Notes: generated by a model not told the origin, from the letters alone. Numbered from the stretch's first letter, positions 42,101-51,879 are shown. The stretch is 64,000 nt of DNA from an uncultured Bacteroidales bacterium (GCA_903946925.1 CAJAXK010000053.1:5558-69557); one strand, 5' to 3'. Numbers and translations: made by a program.

Positions 42101-44052
42101 CTTCCATAATAAAATTCGAGTTTCCCATCGGGGAATATTTTTACCGCAAAATTCAAATCGGTAGTTGGCCCACTTCCATACATTCCTGATTTCCATCGGA
42201 ATATGGCATAATTCTGATTCCCCTCGTACCAAATCCCATCTCCTTCGGAAGGGAAAAAAGTAAGTGGTTTCGACATATAAGGCGAAATATTGCGCGTATT
42301 TTTAAAATATGTTTTTTCGTAAATGAGAAAAGTCCAAGGGGTTAAATCGGGCTGAAACATCAGGTAACCATCAACATTTGCATAGAGTTTCGAGTATTTT
42401 TTGCCATAAAATGGGAACTCGAATGGTAAGTTTACTTCAGCAAACCCACTTGAAGTATTGGTAATGGTAAGTTGTTGTGCCGTTACTGTTGGGAATGGGG
42501 TTGGGACAGGCGTTTCGGAATAGTCGCAAAATAATTTCCAACGGTATGCTGGAGTTCCTCCGGTGGCGTTCATTTGCTGGCTGAAAGGTTCATATATTTT
42601 AGCTTCCGGAATTGAGGTATTGGTAATCGAAGGCCGATTGTGGATCGGTGTATAAATTATCGAAAGCTGCGTTAGCCCATTTTCGATAAGGGGCACATTG
42701 CTGCTGGGGCAAGAAATTATAGTTGTTACGCCCGAATAATCCACCAGATCAAACGATATAATTTGCCCGGTAGCGGCATTTGAAGGATCGTTTTCCTGTA
42801 CAGTGAAGAAAAACTTTGCTGCTTGTCCTGGCTCGGTTTTACTAAGCAATGGGGTTGCATCAATCCCAAATTCAATGGTTTTATCGGCTTCCGTGTTCCC
42901 TCCAAGCATAAATTTATCCCCTCCCTGTAAATCGAAAATGGGAAGGTTAAGCAAATCGTCTGGCTCGGTAGCAAGTGTGTTTTGGGCAACCCCAGCCATG
43001 ATTTTTATTTTATTCCGAGAAGTATGTTTCAAAGTGATTTTGTATGTGAGTTTTGGGCTTACATCCTGTTTTACCTTTACAATATGTGCCGAATGGTTCC
43101 AAATCCCACCACTTCCCGAATTGTCGGCAAACGTTTTGTACATCACAAACGAAAAGCCTTGATCGCCCCAGTTGTTGATGCCGCCGTATGTATTTGCAAG
43201 TTTAAAACCACCTATTTCCCAGTCTTTTACGTTTACCATTCCATCGCCGTTAATATCAATGGTATTGGTATAAATCCCATCGCCATTATAATCGTATCGA
43301 ATAGAATCGTTATATCCTACTAAAGTAACTGCATGATTTGTGCTGCCGCCCCAGGTTACAATTACCCATTTTCCCGCTTCGGGGGTTCCTGCTGCAAGTT
43401 GTGCATCAGGCGTTTTATATTGGATATAAATATTTGCAAGCCCACCAAAACTCGAAGTATTTGAATGGTTGAAAATCCAGTTTTTCAAAGTGGTTAAACC
43501 CGACACATCGCCGGCATTGATAGCGTAAACATCGCTTATTCGGTTGTGCATGGCATTGTAATAGGTGTTGTACCCGGTCATCCAACGCGACGCGCCACCT
43601 GTAGAAAGCCCGCCATAATCGGCAACGGTTGGGTTTCCACAACGTTTTACAATTTCCCACGATTCGAAATAACTTACCCCGGCATCGCTTCCACCATTTA
43701 TAAAATCGTAAGCGAAATGAGTAGCATACTGGTTTTGTGCAACATTTGCCGGTAGGTTTCGTGCTACGGCCATTTCGTAAGTAAAATTGAGGCCAATGCT
43801 TGCTGCCTGCCCACATTCGAGCCCCGATTGGTTGAACAAGGGCCGAAAATAAGGCTGTGTGGTGTTGTCAACACTTATGGGCAAGGTAACTGCCTGATCG
43901 CTAATATTTACTTTGTATTCGGGAAAAGTTGAGAGTTTTTCCAGATCCGTTTGTGAGAGAGGGTTTAGCCCATTCAGGATCTGGCTTTTTTGTGCTGAAA
44001 CAAAAAAGCTAACCGCAATTAAAAAGGGGATCAGCAGGTAGTTTTTATTCAT
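39181..44052 (-). CDS. Giant T9SS-secreted multidomain protein with N-terminal papain-like (C1-type) cysteine peptidase domain
   Basis: Signal peptide; NQSGLECGQAAS (Cys), STNHAVTLVGYND (His), LANTYGGINNWGDQGFSFVMY (Asn/Trp region); Ca-binding-like insert DYNGDGIYTNTIDINGDGMVNVKD; a jelly-roll-like block EISFYRKVSSENNYDYLTFLIDG; repeated Cys-containing Ig-like modules (GGTGNFTISW, GGTGNYTYSW); C-terminal VWPNPVSETLNL..GIYLLNV T9SS CTD. Confidence 0.7.
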   Translation of the reverse strand: MNKNYLLIPFLIAVSFFVSAQKSQILNGLNPLSQTDLEKLSTFPEYKVNISDQAVTLPISVDNTTQPYFRPLFNQSGLECGQAASIGLNFTYEMAVARNLPANVAQNQYATHFAYDFINGGSDAGVSYFESWEIVKRCGNPTVADYGGLSTGGASRWMTGYNTYYNAMHNRISDVYAINAGDVSGLTTLKNWIFNHSNTSSFGGLANIYIQYKTPDAQLAAGTPEAGKWVIVTWGGSTNHAVTLVGYNDSIRYDYNGDGIYTNTIDINGDGMVNVKDWEIGGFKLANTYGGINNWGDQGFSFVMYKTFADNSGSGGIWNHSAHIVKVKQDVSPKLTYKITLKHTSRNKIKIMAGVAQNTLATEPDDLLNLPIFDLQGGDKFMLGGNTEADKTIEFGIDATPLLSKTEPGQAAKFFFTVQENDPSNAATGQIISFDLVDYSGVTTIISCPSSNVPLIENGLTQLSIIYTPIHNRPSITNTSIPEAKIYEPFSQQMNATGGTPAYRWKLFCDYSETPVPTPFPTVTAQQLTITNTSSGFAEVNLPFEFPFYGKKYSKLYANVDGYLMFQPDLTPWTFLIYEKTYFKNTRNISPYMSKPLTFFPSEGDGIWYEGNQNYAIFRWKSGMYGSGPTTDLNFAVKIFPDGKLEFYYGSIVSNDWVTWNMGISNGDGVNYRFGSISDSIAQPTANSMFRFTTPTFPYEMGLSDDGVFSGTPTTTCSNVPIKFYAEDNNNLYTTKTLNFSTKGITIEYTVTSGSDSIIEYGETAMLTAKLTNIGSTPLNNVNLSFLVTDPYISLIDSTQLFGLLNPGQTITVTNAISFHVSDQVPNNHTIITTNQAVATEDIFTRIIPLTANSPELSVSAINILDGNNNILMPGENGVLHITIKNGGGSAATNINTILSAIDPMISIIQGNASIPIINKNGTQSIDFQISVSASCPLGHVGLAGLLLSADHNYTLSDSVYFMVGQIAEDFETNNFTRFAWQLGGNANWETTNTLPSQGNYCSASGTILDNQLSSMYITLNVLSASEISFYRKVSSENNYDYLTFLIDGVEQGKWSGEVAWSKVTYTVTEGTHTFTWRYSKDVNVVAGSDKAWVDYIVWPPYSDLLLVANAGADDYVCVPTAYQLQASVINAGNLFWTSVGDGYFSNTNIPNPTYTPGINDQNTGSVELTIHVGSPTAQSVTDQMFLTVYQAPAAMAGLDASICSGSSFTVTGASASSQGLLWSTAGDGVFNSNSILSPTYTPGATDITNGQVFLALTGFGTGLCGDATDTLQLTIHPSVYSNAGTDQSIPFGTSTILNGQATGGTGNFTISWTPADKLTSSNILNPSTIVLDSSVEFTLNITDPATLCTASDNIFVNVSGSPLSVSVSSEPERICVGGFSQLSAFAGGGTGNYTYSWSSVPVGFSSTILNPLVNPATTTIYTVLVNDGSNSLQASTTVSVDSIAATPSQPIGSTMVNPLINPETIYTTTLSANATEYSWVLSPAVAGSVSHQGNTCSIIWDTQFNGICELSVAGINACGSGVFSEALTINTSPFIGLDELPSNELIEVWPNPVSETLNLKSKGQIINKYSLYNSKGKAIYELEDVLGKGEITSINMGLYPSGIYLLNVKLGNSMLLYKIIKH

Positions 44053-44099
44053 AATCTTAAGTTAAACAACTGTGAGTAAGCGAATTATTAAGAGTCTGT

Positions 44100-44232
44100 C
44101 AATAAAGTCAGGTTTTATTTGTATTTACGGTGTATGCGTTGCGATTATAACTCGCTGAAAATAAATCGTAAATCGTAATTTGTACATTTTGAACTAATCC
44201 AAGTCAATAAACATACTCTATTTAGATGGGAT
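44100..44232. repeat. Composite intergenic repeat, copy 3 (5' module only)
   Basis: taaagtcaggtt..gcgttgcgatta..gaaaataaatcgta..tccaagtcaataa is collinear with 11650-11772. Confidence 0.5.
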
Positions 44233-44262
44233 TTCTGTCTAACCCATTTATAATTTTATCTT

Positions 44263-44955
44263 TTAGCTAATTTCGTCACTATCATTATTAAACCTAAAGC
44301 CCAATCTTTTGCCTGTGGTCATTTTCATGTTTTCGAGCGAACTTTGGATGTCGGCAACCGTAATCATTTTCATGGCTTCATAAGGCGGTGTCAGCAAATC
44401 GAAATTGCAGGTGTAACGGATAGCTGATTCGAGGATAAGCCTGACAGATTCGCGGGTAATTATAGAAGACTGGAAATTGTTGTATAATTGACCAACTTCC
44501 CGTTTGCCTTCGACAAAGTAATGGTTCTCCTTGTTAAGGAAAACGCGCCCAATCATATATCCTAAATCGTTGAGCCTATTGTATTTGAACGAATCGGCCA
44601 AAAAGTTGAAAATCATGATAACACCGCAATACGATCGGCTTGGATCTTCGTTTATATATTGGGTTTTCATAACTTCGTGATCGCGCGAAAACTCGAAAAT
44701 ATTGGTGTGCATGGTAAAAATAAGTATATCGCCGCCAAAGCGGAGTTCGGCATCGAATTCGCCTTTGTCGCGGTATTCAAAAGGGATTTGCAAAGGGTCG
44801 TTCCTAAATTTCTGCCTGTATTCTTCCGACATTTCTGCCAATACCGACTTTATTGTCCGAAAAGTTTCGAGGGTTGAACGGTAAACTTCCTGTTTAAAAG
44901 CGGCTTTTCTCCTAAGCCCTATAAAAAGATCGTCGGAAGGTAAAATATCCATCAT
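44263..44955 (-). CDS. Hypothetical protein (230 aa)
   Basis: Clean ORF with ordinary composition. No motif recognised. Confidence 0.5.
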   Translation of the reverse strand: MMDILPSDDLFIGLRRKAAFKQEVYRSTLETFRTIKSVLAEMSEEYRQKFRNDPLQIPFEYRDKGEFDAELRFGGDILIFTMHTNIFEFSRDHEVMKTQYINEDPSRSYCGVIMIFNFLADSFKYNRLNDLGYMIGRVFLNKENHYFVEGKREVGQLYNNFQSSIITRESVRLILESAIRYTCNFDLLTPPYEAMKMITVADIQSSLENMKMTTGKRLGFRFNNDSDEIS

Positions 44956-45121
44956 AACAGTCTAAATGTTGAGGATATAAAAGTAATAAATAAATCAAAC
45001 TGACAAAAAATAACTGGTTGTTGAACTATTTTTTCCGAACAAGGAAAGTCGATTGTTTCCCAAAATAAACCATACAAAAAAGGCCAGCTTTTAGCCGACC
45101 TTTCAAATATTACTTTTCTTA

Positions 45122-45439
45122 TCAAACCCAGTATTCATCCACACACTTATTCGTTTTCTGGTCCCAGTAAGCAGGTGAAACCCTACCGCCATCAGCAGTT
45201 TTCAAACTCAATTCGTAAACTGCTATAACCGGATTAAAAACCAAATCGGTAACACCAACCGTGAATAGGGTAGGGGCGTCGTCAGTTGTTTTTTTGTCTT
45301 CAACAACAATTACTTCAAATTTATTGAATTGAAGCAGTTCTTTGAGGAATTCCATCCGGTTGGAGGGTACCCCTTTTTCGACAATTGTACAGCGTTGCCC
45401 GTTTAATTCTTCGACTATATGTTTTGCTTTGAGTGGCAT
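45122..45439 (-). CDS. Hypothetical protein (105 aa), immediately downstream of nuoN
   Basis: Clean ORF 38 nt after the nuoN stop. No motif recognised. Confidence 0.5.
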   Translation of the reverse strand: MPLKAKHIVEELNGQRCTIVEKGVPSNRMEFLKELLQFNKFEVIVVEDKKTTDDAPTLFTVGVTDLVFNPVIAVYELSLKTADGGRVSPAYWDQKTNKCVDEYWV

Positions 45440-45477
45440 AAAATCAATTTTGTGTTAGTGGAACGTGCTTTTGGGGA

Positions 45478-46905
45478 TTAGTTTAAAATACCAAAAGTAA
45501 AAGAATTGATGAACTCGTAGAGCTGGCTCCAAAAACCCAAAACGAAAATGCCAATGGCACAAACCATCAGGCTTATCCTGGTTATGGTATCGCTTTTGAA
45601 AAAGGCAATTGGGCTGTCGCTTTTGTTGATGAACATTGCTTTTACAACTAACAGATAATAATACAACGAAATGGTTGCATTTAACACCGCGATGAAAATC
45701 AGCCAATAGTAACCACCAGAAGCTGCTGATGTGAAAAGGAAGAACTTTCCGAAGAAACCTGCAACCGGCGGAATACCAGCCAGGGAAAATACGCTCAACA
45801 TCATTAGAAGCGTTAGTTTTGGGTTGGTGGCATAAAGTCCATCGTAATCGTCCATGCTTTCTTTACCTGTCTTTGCCGAAATTGCCGAAACAACTCCGAA
45901 AGCGCCAAGGTTAGAGAAAATATATACCAATACAAAGTAAACCGTTGCAGTCATCCCGATCTGGTTTCCACTGATTATACCAAGCAATATAAACCCAGCC
46001 TGCGCTATACTCGAAAAGGCGAGAAACCGTTTCATGTTTTTTTGCCTAATCGCGAAAAGGTTACCAATGGTCATGGTCATTACAGCAATTAGGTAAACAA
46101 TGTCTTTCCAAAGGTAAGCAATGGAATGGAACACTGTGAACATTACCATAATAAGTATAAATGCAGAAGCACCTTTTGAAATCACCGAAAAATAGGAAGT
46201 TACATTAACCGGTGAGCCTTCGTACACATCGGCAGTCCAAAGGTGGAATGGCACCAATGAAATTTTGAATGCCATACCTGTAAAGAAAAATATAAACGCC
46301 AAAACCTGCATTGGGGCATTTGAGTAGAGTGTTCCAATTGTATCAAAGTATATAGATCCAGTGGAACCATAAATCAACGAAAGCCCAAAAAGCAGGATGC
46401 CAGACGATAAGGCAGACGACAAAATAAGTTTAATCCCAGCTTCGGCCGAACGCGTTTGGTGATGAGTATAAGCCGCCAAAGCTGCCATAGGTATTGTGGC
46501 AAGTTCAAGCCCAAGATAGAGCATAAGGAAATCGCCGGACGAAATCATAAAATTCATCCCAACAAGGGTTGAGAGGAGCAGGATGAAAAACTCGCTGATT
46601 TTCTCACTATTCTCTTCCTTTTTCAGCCAGTTAACGCTTTGCATCAAAATGATCAGCACCCCTACATTGAGAATATTCTTCATCAAAATGGTTAGCCCAT
46701 CTGTATGGTACATCCCACCAAAAAGCATCCCGGTTTGGGCTGGAAGGAAACCAACTACTGTATGGATAAAAAACAAGGAGATTGTGATTGGGATTATCCT
46801 GTTTTTTTGGCTTTTTTTCAGGTTCAGGTCGATAATGAGAACTAACAATACCAAGGATGTCAGTATTAGTTCGTGCCGCATTGTCAAGAAATCGTTTATG
46901 CTCAT
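45478..46905 (-). CDS. nuoN: NADH-quinone oxidoreductase subunit N
   Basis: 475-aa polytopic antiporter-like protein at the end of the nuo gene order. Confidence 0.85.
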   Translation of the reverse strand: MSINDFLTMRHELILTSLVLLVLIIDLNLKKSQKNRIIPITISLFFIHTVVGFLPAQTGMLFGGMYHTDGLTILMKNILNVGVLIILMQSVNWLKKEENSEKISEFFILLLSTLVGMNFMISSGDFLMLYLGLELATIPMAALAAYTHHQTRSAEAGIKLILSSALSSGILLFGLSLIYGSTGSIYFDTIGTLYSNAPMQVLAFIFFFTGMAFKISLVPFHLWTADVYEGSPVNVTSYFSVISKGASAFILIMVMFTVFHSIAYLWKDIVYLIAVMTMTIGNLFAIRQKNMKRFLAFSSIAQAGFILLGIISGNQIGMTATVYFVLVYIFSNLGAFGVVSAISAKTGKESMDDYDGLYATNPKLTLLMMLSVFSLAGIPPVAGFFGKFFLFTSAASGGYYWLIFIAVLNATISLYYYLLVVKAMFINKSDSPIAFFKSDTITRISLMVCAIGIFVLGFWSQLYEFINSFTFGILN

Positions 46906-46941
46906 ATTCTGAGTATCTTAAGTGATGATTAAATCGATGGA

Positions 46942-48456
46942 TTAAAAAAGCCCTGCAATGGTTACACCGCTTATTTTTTCAATAATTGGACCCAGGCTAA
47001 AGTTTATCATATCCGACAACCAAAGAGGTGCCATACCAATCGCAGCTATTGAAAGGAGCAATGTCAAAGTCGAAAGTTTTTCATACCAAACTGCATCAGT
47101 TAAATGCAGATAATGGTCGTCCTTTATCGGGCCCAAAAGTAAGATGCCAACAACTCTTAGAATATAAACCGCAGTTATAACTATTGAAGAAGTTGCAACT
47201 ATCGTAGCTACCCTGTGGAAGGTATCTGTGTGCTGGTAAGCTCCAACAAAAATTGTCATTTCAGCAACAAATCCGCTTAATCCTGGAAGTCCTAATGAAG
47301 CAAGTCCGGCAATAACATAAACAACACCAAGGAAAGGGATAACTTTCATTAAACCACCCATCTCATTAATCAAACGTGTGTGTGTGCGTCCGTAAATCAT
47401 ACCAATTAAAGCAAAGAAAAGGGCTGTCATCAAACCGTGTGAGATCATTTGGATGATTGCGCCGTTCATAGCTGTCTGGTTCATCATAAGTATGGCAAAA
47501 AGCACCAGGCCACAATGGCTTACCGATGAATAGGCATTGATGTATTTCAAATCTTTCTGTGCAATTGCTCCAAAAGCACCATAAACAACGCTAATACTGG
47601 TGAGGATAATAAATATCCAAGCTTGTTCATGTGCGGCTTCTGGCATTAAATAAATTGCAACCCTGAAAGCACCATATCCTCCAAGTTTCATCAACACGCC
47701 TGCATGTAGCATCGAAACGGCAGTTGGGGCTGATGCGTGGCCATCGGGCGACCAAGTATGGAAAGGAAACAAAGCACCAAGAATCCCAAATCCAACAAAA
47801 GCGAATGGGAACAGGAAACGCTGCATTTCGATAGGGATGGTATTCTTTGAAATCTCAAGTAAATTGAATGTAAGGACACCTCCCGCAGGAGCCGAATAAA
47901 AATAAATCCCAAGGATGGCAACAAAAAGCAGTGCTGATCCGGCCATAAGCATCAGCGTAAGTTTCATCGCCGAATATTCTTTTGGTCCCGAACCCCAAAT
48001 GCCAATCAGCAGGTACATTGGTATAACAGCTACTTCATAAAACAGGAACATTGTAAAAATGTCGAGCGAAATAAAGAATCCAAAAACCCCAGAAGCTAGT
48101 AGGATTAATGAAATAAAGAATTCCCTGTAAAGAAAATCAACCATCCAGGAAGCGAAAATTCCGGCAAATACAACAATAGCCGTAAGGGCAATCATTGCAA
48201 CAGAAATACCATCAACACCAATTGTATAATGTATGTTCAGTGTCGGAAACCACACCGCATCATAATAAAAAAGCATGTCGGCTGTATTGCCTGCGTTGCG
48301 TTCGGCGAGATACATGTAAACAAGTATCCCTGCAACAATGAGTTGGATTCCCATTCCAATGGCGCTCACAATACGGGTTTGCTTCATATTGCTGGTAAAC
48401 AATATCGCTATTATCGTGAGAACAGGTATCAGAACAAATAAGCTGAGTATATTCAT
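46942..48456 (-). CDS. nuoM: NADH-quinone oxidoreductase subunit M
   Basis: 504-aa antiporter-like subunit. HTWSPDGHASAPTAVSMLHAGVLMKLGGYG matches the NuoM/ND4 core. Confidence 0.9.
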   Translation of the reverse strand: MNILSLFVLIPVLTIIAILFTSNMKQTRIVSAIGMGIQLIVAGILVYMYLAERNAGNTADMLFYYDAVWFPTLNIHYTIGVDGISVAMIALTAIVVFAGIFASWMVDFLYREFFISLILLASGVFGFFISLDIFTMFLFYEVAVIPMYLLIGIWGSGPKEYSAMKLTLMLMAGSALLFVAILGIYFYSAPAGGVLTFNLLEISKNTIPIEMQRFLFPFAFVGFGILGALFPFHTWSPDGHASAPTAVSMLHAGVLMKLGGYGAFRVAIYLMPEAAHEQAWIFIILTSISVVYGAFGAIAQKDLKYINAYSSVSHCGLVLFAILMMNQTAMNGAIIQMISHGLMTALFFALIGMIYGRTHTRLINEMGGLMKVIPFLGVVYVIAGLASLGLPGLSGFVAEMTIFVGAYQHTDTFHRVATIVATSSIVITAVYILRVVGILLLGPIKDDHYLHLTDAVWYEKLSTLTLLLSIAAIGMAPLWLSDMINFSLGPIIEKISGVTIAGLF

Positions 48457-48506
48457 ATTAGTTTTCTTGCTATTTAATGTGAATTCCTTTTAAGTGGATT
48501 TTGGTT

Positions 48507-50423
48507 TTACCAGAGGTAAACAAATATTAAGACCAATGCAATGGCTCCGGTAACAAATACATACCCGTATTGTTGAATCCTTCCTGATTGCATGCCTTTT
48601 ATCAGGTGCGAAGTTTTTTCGGTTGTGGTGGCAATACCTACCATGGTAGCATCTACCACATGTCTGTCGAACCAAGCTACAGGTTCCGAAATATAGCGGA
48701 AGATGATTTTCTTTGTTACAAAAAGGTAAACTTCGTCCATATAAAATTTATGGTAAGCCCATTTGTAAAAACTACCAAAATTGTTAGCCATTTTGTCGGG
48801 TAAAAGGCTTACTTTAAAGTACATCATGGTTGCAATGGCAATACCAACAAGCCCAACAAGTACCGAAGGGATAGCAATGCTCCAATCTATATGGGCTTCA
48901 AACGGCATCCCATCGGAAGTTACCAAAGCATGGAAGGGTAAAAATCCTGCAAAAATGGAACCGAATGCAAGAACCATCAATGGAATGGTCATTACAAAAG
49001 GTGCTTCGTGTGGCGTATGATGGTAATGTGTTGCTTTGCCCCAGAAAATGCTGTAGTACAAGCGGAACATATAGAAAGCCGTGAGGCCAGCAACCAAAAA
49101 TTCGATGGAAAACAGAATTTTGTTGTGATGCCAGGCAGCAACCATTATTTCGTCCTTGCTGAAGAATCCTGACAAAGGTGGGATACCAGCAATAGTAATA
49201 CATGCAATTAGGAAAGTGATGTGGGTTATTGGTAAATACTTGCGCAATCCACCCATATCTTTCATATCGTTACTATGAACGGCATGTATAACCGCTCCCG
49301 CGCCAAGGAACAATAATGCTTTGAACATGGCATGTGTAAACAAGTGGAAATTGCCAGCCATAAACCCAAGCCCATCGTGGCCGCCATATCCCGAAACACC
49401 AAGTGCAAGCATCATATAGCCGATTTGCGACATGGTTGAATACGCAAGTACACGTTTGATATCGGTTTGGGTACAAGCGATAACAGCAGCAAAGAGGGAT
49501 GAAATTCCTCCCACCCAGGCAACAACGTTAAGAGCATCGGGAGCTCCAAGAGCATAAACAGGGAATAGACGTGCAACGAGATAAACACCAGCAACAACCA
49601 TGGTAGCCGCATGAATAAGGGCTGAAACAGGTGTTGGACCTTCCATTGCATCTGGTAACCAAATGTGTAAAGGGAACATGGCAGATTTACCGGCACCGCC
49701 CATAAAAATGAAAATCAATGACCAAGTAAGTACTGATAATCCCATAAAGGCTGCTCCACCAGGCATGGTAATAGCGGGACCGGTTGGGCTTGTAAGCAGT
49801 TGAAAATCAAAAGTACCGGTATTGAAAGACAAGATTAGGATACCAATCAGGAATCCCAAATCAGCAAAACGGGTAACAATAAACGCTTTTTTTGAGGCTG
49901 CGACCGCACTCGGTTTCTGATAATAAAACCCAATCAAGAGGAATGAGGAAACCCCAACAAGTTCCCAGAAAATATACATCTGAAAAATATTGGTGGCGAG
50001 TACCAGTCCCAACATCGAGAAACTAAACAACGAAAGAAACGCGAAAAACCTGTGGAAACCGCGCTCGCCTTTCATATAACCCAGGCTGTAAATATGCACC
50101 ATCAGGGACACGGTAGTTATTACTACCAACATCATTACCGAAATAGGATCAATTAAAACACCAAGGTTAATGGTAAGTTTATCGGTAAGGTGAAGCCAGG
50201 TTACTTCAACAGCTTTAATTGATTTGAAGCCGGTTTCAGCAAGATGATCGGTCCAAAAATAACGAATCGCAGTCAAATACGAAAGTATAGCTGCAATGCC
50301 TAATCCAACCGTGCCAATTAATCCTGAAATGATTGGCTTCATTTTGTGCCCTGTGAGTCCGATCAGTAGAAAAAATACGAAAGGTATCAGAGGGATTAGT
50401 AAGGTATAAGTGTAATCGACCAT
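48507..50423 (-). CDS. nuoL: NADH-quinone oxidoreductase subunit L
   Basis: 638 aa. HIWLPDAMEGPTPVSALIHAATMVVAGVYL matches the NuoL/ND5 core, with a long C-terminal extension. Confidence 0.9.
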   Translation of the reverse strand: MVDYTYTLLIPLIPFVFFLLIGLTGHKMKPIISGLIGTVGLGIAAILSYLTAIRYFWTDHLAETGFKSIKAVEVTWLHLTDKLTINLGVLIDPISVMMLVVITTVSLMVHIYSLGYMKGERGFHRFFAFLSLFSFSMLGLVLATNIFQMYIFWELVGVSSFLLIGFYYQKPSAVAASKKAFIVTRFADLGFLIGILILSFNTGTFDFQLLTSPTGPAITMPGGAAFMGLSVLTWSLIFIFMGGAGKSAMFPLHIWLPDAMEGPTPVSALIHAATMVVAGVYLVARLFPVYALGAPDALNVVAWVGGISSLFAAVIACTQTDIKRVLAYSTMSQIGYMMLALGVSGYGGHDGLGFMAGNFHLFTHAMFKALLFLGAGAVIHAVHSNDMKDMGGLRKYLPITHITFLIACITIAGIPPLSGFFSKDEIMVAAWHHNKILFSIEFLVAGLTAFYMFRLYYSIFWGKATHYHHTPHEAPFVMTIPLMVLAFGSIFAGFLPFHALVTSDGMPFEAHIDWSIAIPSVLVGLVGIAIATMMYFKVSLLPDKMANNFGSFYKWAYHKFYMDEVYLFVTKKIIFRYISEPVAWFDRHVVDATMVGIATTTEKTSHLIKGMQSGRIQQYGYVFVTGAIALVLIFVYLW

Positions 50424-50425
50424 AT

Positions 50426-50553
50426 TATTGGGTAATGGTTAATGGGAAATGGTTATTAGTAATGGTCATGCTTTGTAAATGATTGTTCTTGGTTTTCATC
50501 TTGGTAGAAATTCAGGGAGCATTTTCAAATTTTCAAATCCCCAAATTTTCAAA
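50426..50553. repeat. Short arrays in the nuoL-nuoK spacer (GGTTAAT-type units and CAAATTTT units)
   Basis: attgggtaatggttaatgggaaatggttattagtaatgg and cattttcaaattttcaaatccccaaattttcaaatt. Confidence 0.75.
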
Positions 50554-50871
50554 TTAAAATTTCATTTCATTAACATTGTCAACATCTATCGACCTGAAAT
50601 TACGGTAAATATTGATTATTATCGCAATGGCAACAGCAGCTTCGGCGGCGGCAATGGCAATTATGATAAGGGTGAAGAAATGGCCTTGCAGGTTTTGTGG
50701 ATACAAATATTTATTGAACGCTACAAAGTTAATATTCACGGAATTGAGAATCAACTCAATTGACATAAGCATGGTTATCAAGTTTTTACGGGTAAGAAAA
50801 CCGTAGATTCCAATGAAAAACATCAGAGTGCTGATTACCAGGAAATATTGCAATGGTATGGTTCCGGTCAT
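50554..50871 (-). CDS. nuoK: NADH-quinone oxidoreductase subunit K
   Basis: 105 aa, three TM segments. MSIELILNSVNINFVAF is typical of NuoK/ND4L. Confidence 0.9.
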   Translation of the reverse strand: MTGTIPLQYFLVISTLMFFIGIYGFLTRKNLITMLMSIELILNSVNINFVAFNKYLYPQNLQGHFFTLIIIAIAAAEAAVAIAIIINIYRNFRSIDVDNVNEMKF

Positions 50872-50879
50872 TTGTTAGT

Positions 50880-51046
50880 TTGCTAATTGGTTGATGGGTT
50901 TATTGGTTGATTGGTTGAAGGGTTTATTGGTTAAGTGGTTGATGGGTTTAGTGGTTGATGGGTTTTGAAACTCTGTTATTAGTATGATAATAACCACATT
51001 ACCGAATTACCACATTATCGCATTTTCACATTTCCACATTATCGCA
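50880..51046. repeat. Octamer array GGTTNANN followed by CCACATTA(YC)GCAT words in the nuoK-nuoJ spacer
   Basis: ggttgatg ggtttatt ggttgatt ggttgaag ... then accacattaccgaattaccacattatcgcattttcacatttccacattatcgcatt. Confidence 0.9.
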
Positions 51047-51568
51047 TTATTTAATTATCGCACTGTCCTTTTCTTTACGAGCTACTATAATTGCCCCTAT
51101 TAAAGCAGCGAGTAGTAGTAGCGAAATAACTTCGAATGGAAGTGCAAATCCATCCCGTTCGTAAGAGATAAGTGCATTTCCAACATCGGTAACAGAGGAA
51201 GTTTGTGCCGGTAAATCTGATTTTATGAAGGTAAATTGAAAAATGGTAATTAAGGTCAACAATGCTCCGGCTCCAACAGCCAAGGCCGAGAGTAGGCTTT
51301 GTTTCATATCGGCCATAATTGCTTTTTCGCTGATGTGGCTTGTAAGAAGTACTGAAAATATAATCAGTACAACAATACCACCGGCATATACTGTAAGTTG
51401 CACTGCTGCAAGGAAAGTATATTCGAGCATAAAGTAAATGGCGGCTGTTGATATAAGTACAAAAAGCAGGTAAACAGCAGCCCGCAATATTTTCCGGCTT
51501 GTAACGGTAAGCACCGAAAACACCAGGATCATTCCGGCCAGAAGGTAAAACATTACTTCACTATTCAT
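51047..51568 (-). CDS. nuoJ: NADH-quinone oxidoreductase subunit J
   Basis: 173-aa hydrophobic protein in the nuoJ position. VYAGGIVVLIIF resembles the NuoJ/ND6 core. Confidence 0.85.
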   Translation of the reverse strand: MNSEVMFYLLAGMILVFSVLTVTSRKILRAAVYLLFVLISTAAIYFMLEYTFLAAVQLTVYAGGIVVLIIFSVLLTSHISEKAIMADMKQSLLSALAVGAGALLTLITIFQFTFIKSDLPAQTSSVTDVGNALISYERDGFALPFEVISLLLLAALIGAIIVARKEKDSAIIK

Positions 51569-51599
51569 TGTATTTTGCTATTTTAAATTTATTGAGGAT

Positions 51600-51879
51600 C
51601 TTTTGGATGTATGTGGTTGATTCAGTTGTTATTCAGTTGTTTATTCAATTGTCATTCGGTTGACATTCATGGTTGATTCGATGGTCATTCGTGGTTGATT
51701 CGGTTGTCATTCGATGGTTGATTCGGTTGTCATTAGTTGTCATTAGTTGTCATTCATGGTTAATTCAGTTGTCATTAGGTTAATTTTGTGAAAAGATTCC
51801 ACTATTAACCATTTTCCATTAACCATTTTCCATTAACTATTTTCCATTAACCATTAACTATTAACCAATAACTATTAAC
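51600..51879. repeat. Two-armed degenerate array in the nuoJ-nuoI spacer (GGTTGATTC/GTTGTCATT units, then CCATTAAC 7/14-mers)
   Basis: ggttgattcagttgttattcagttg...gttgtcattagttgtcattagttgtcatt, a short spacer, then ccattttccattaaccattttccattaactattttccattaaccattaac. Confidence 0.9.
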
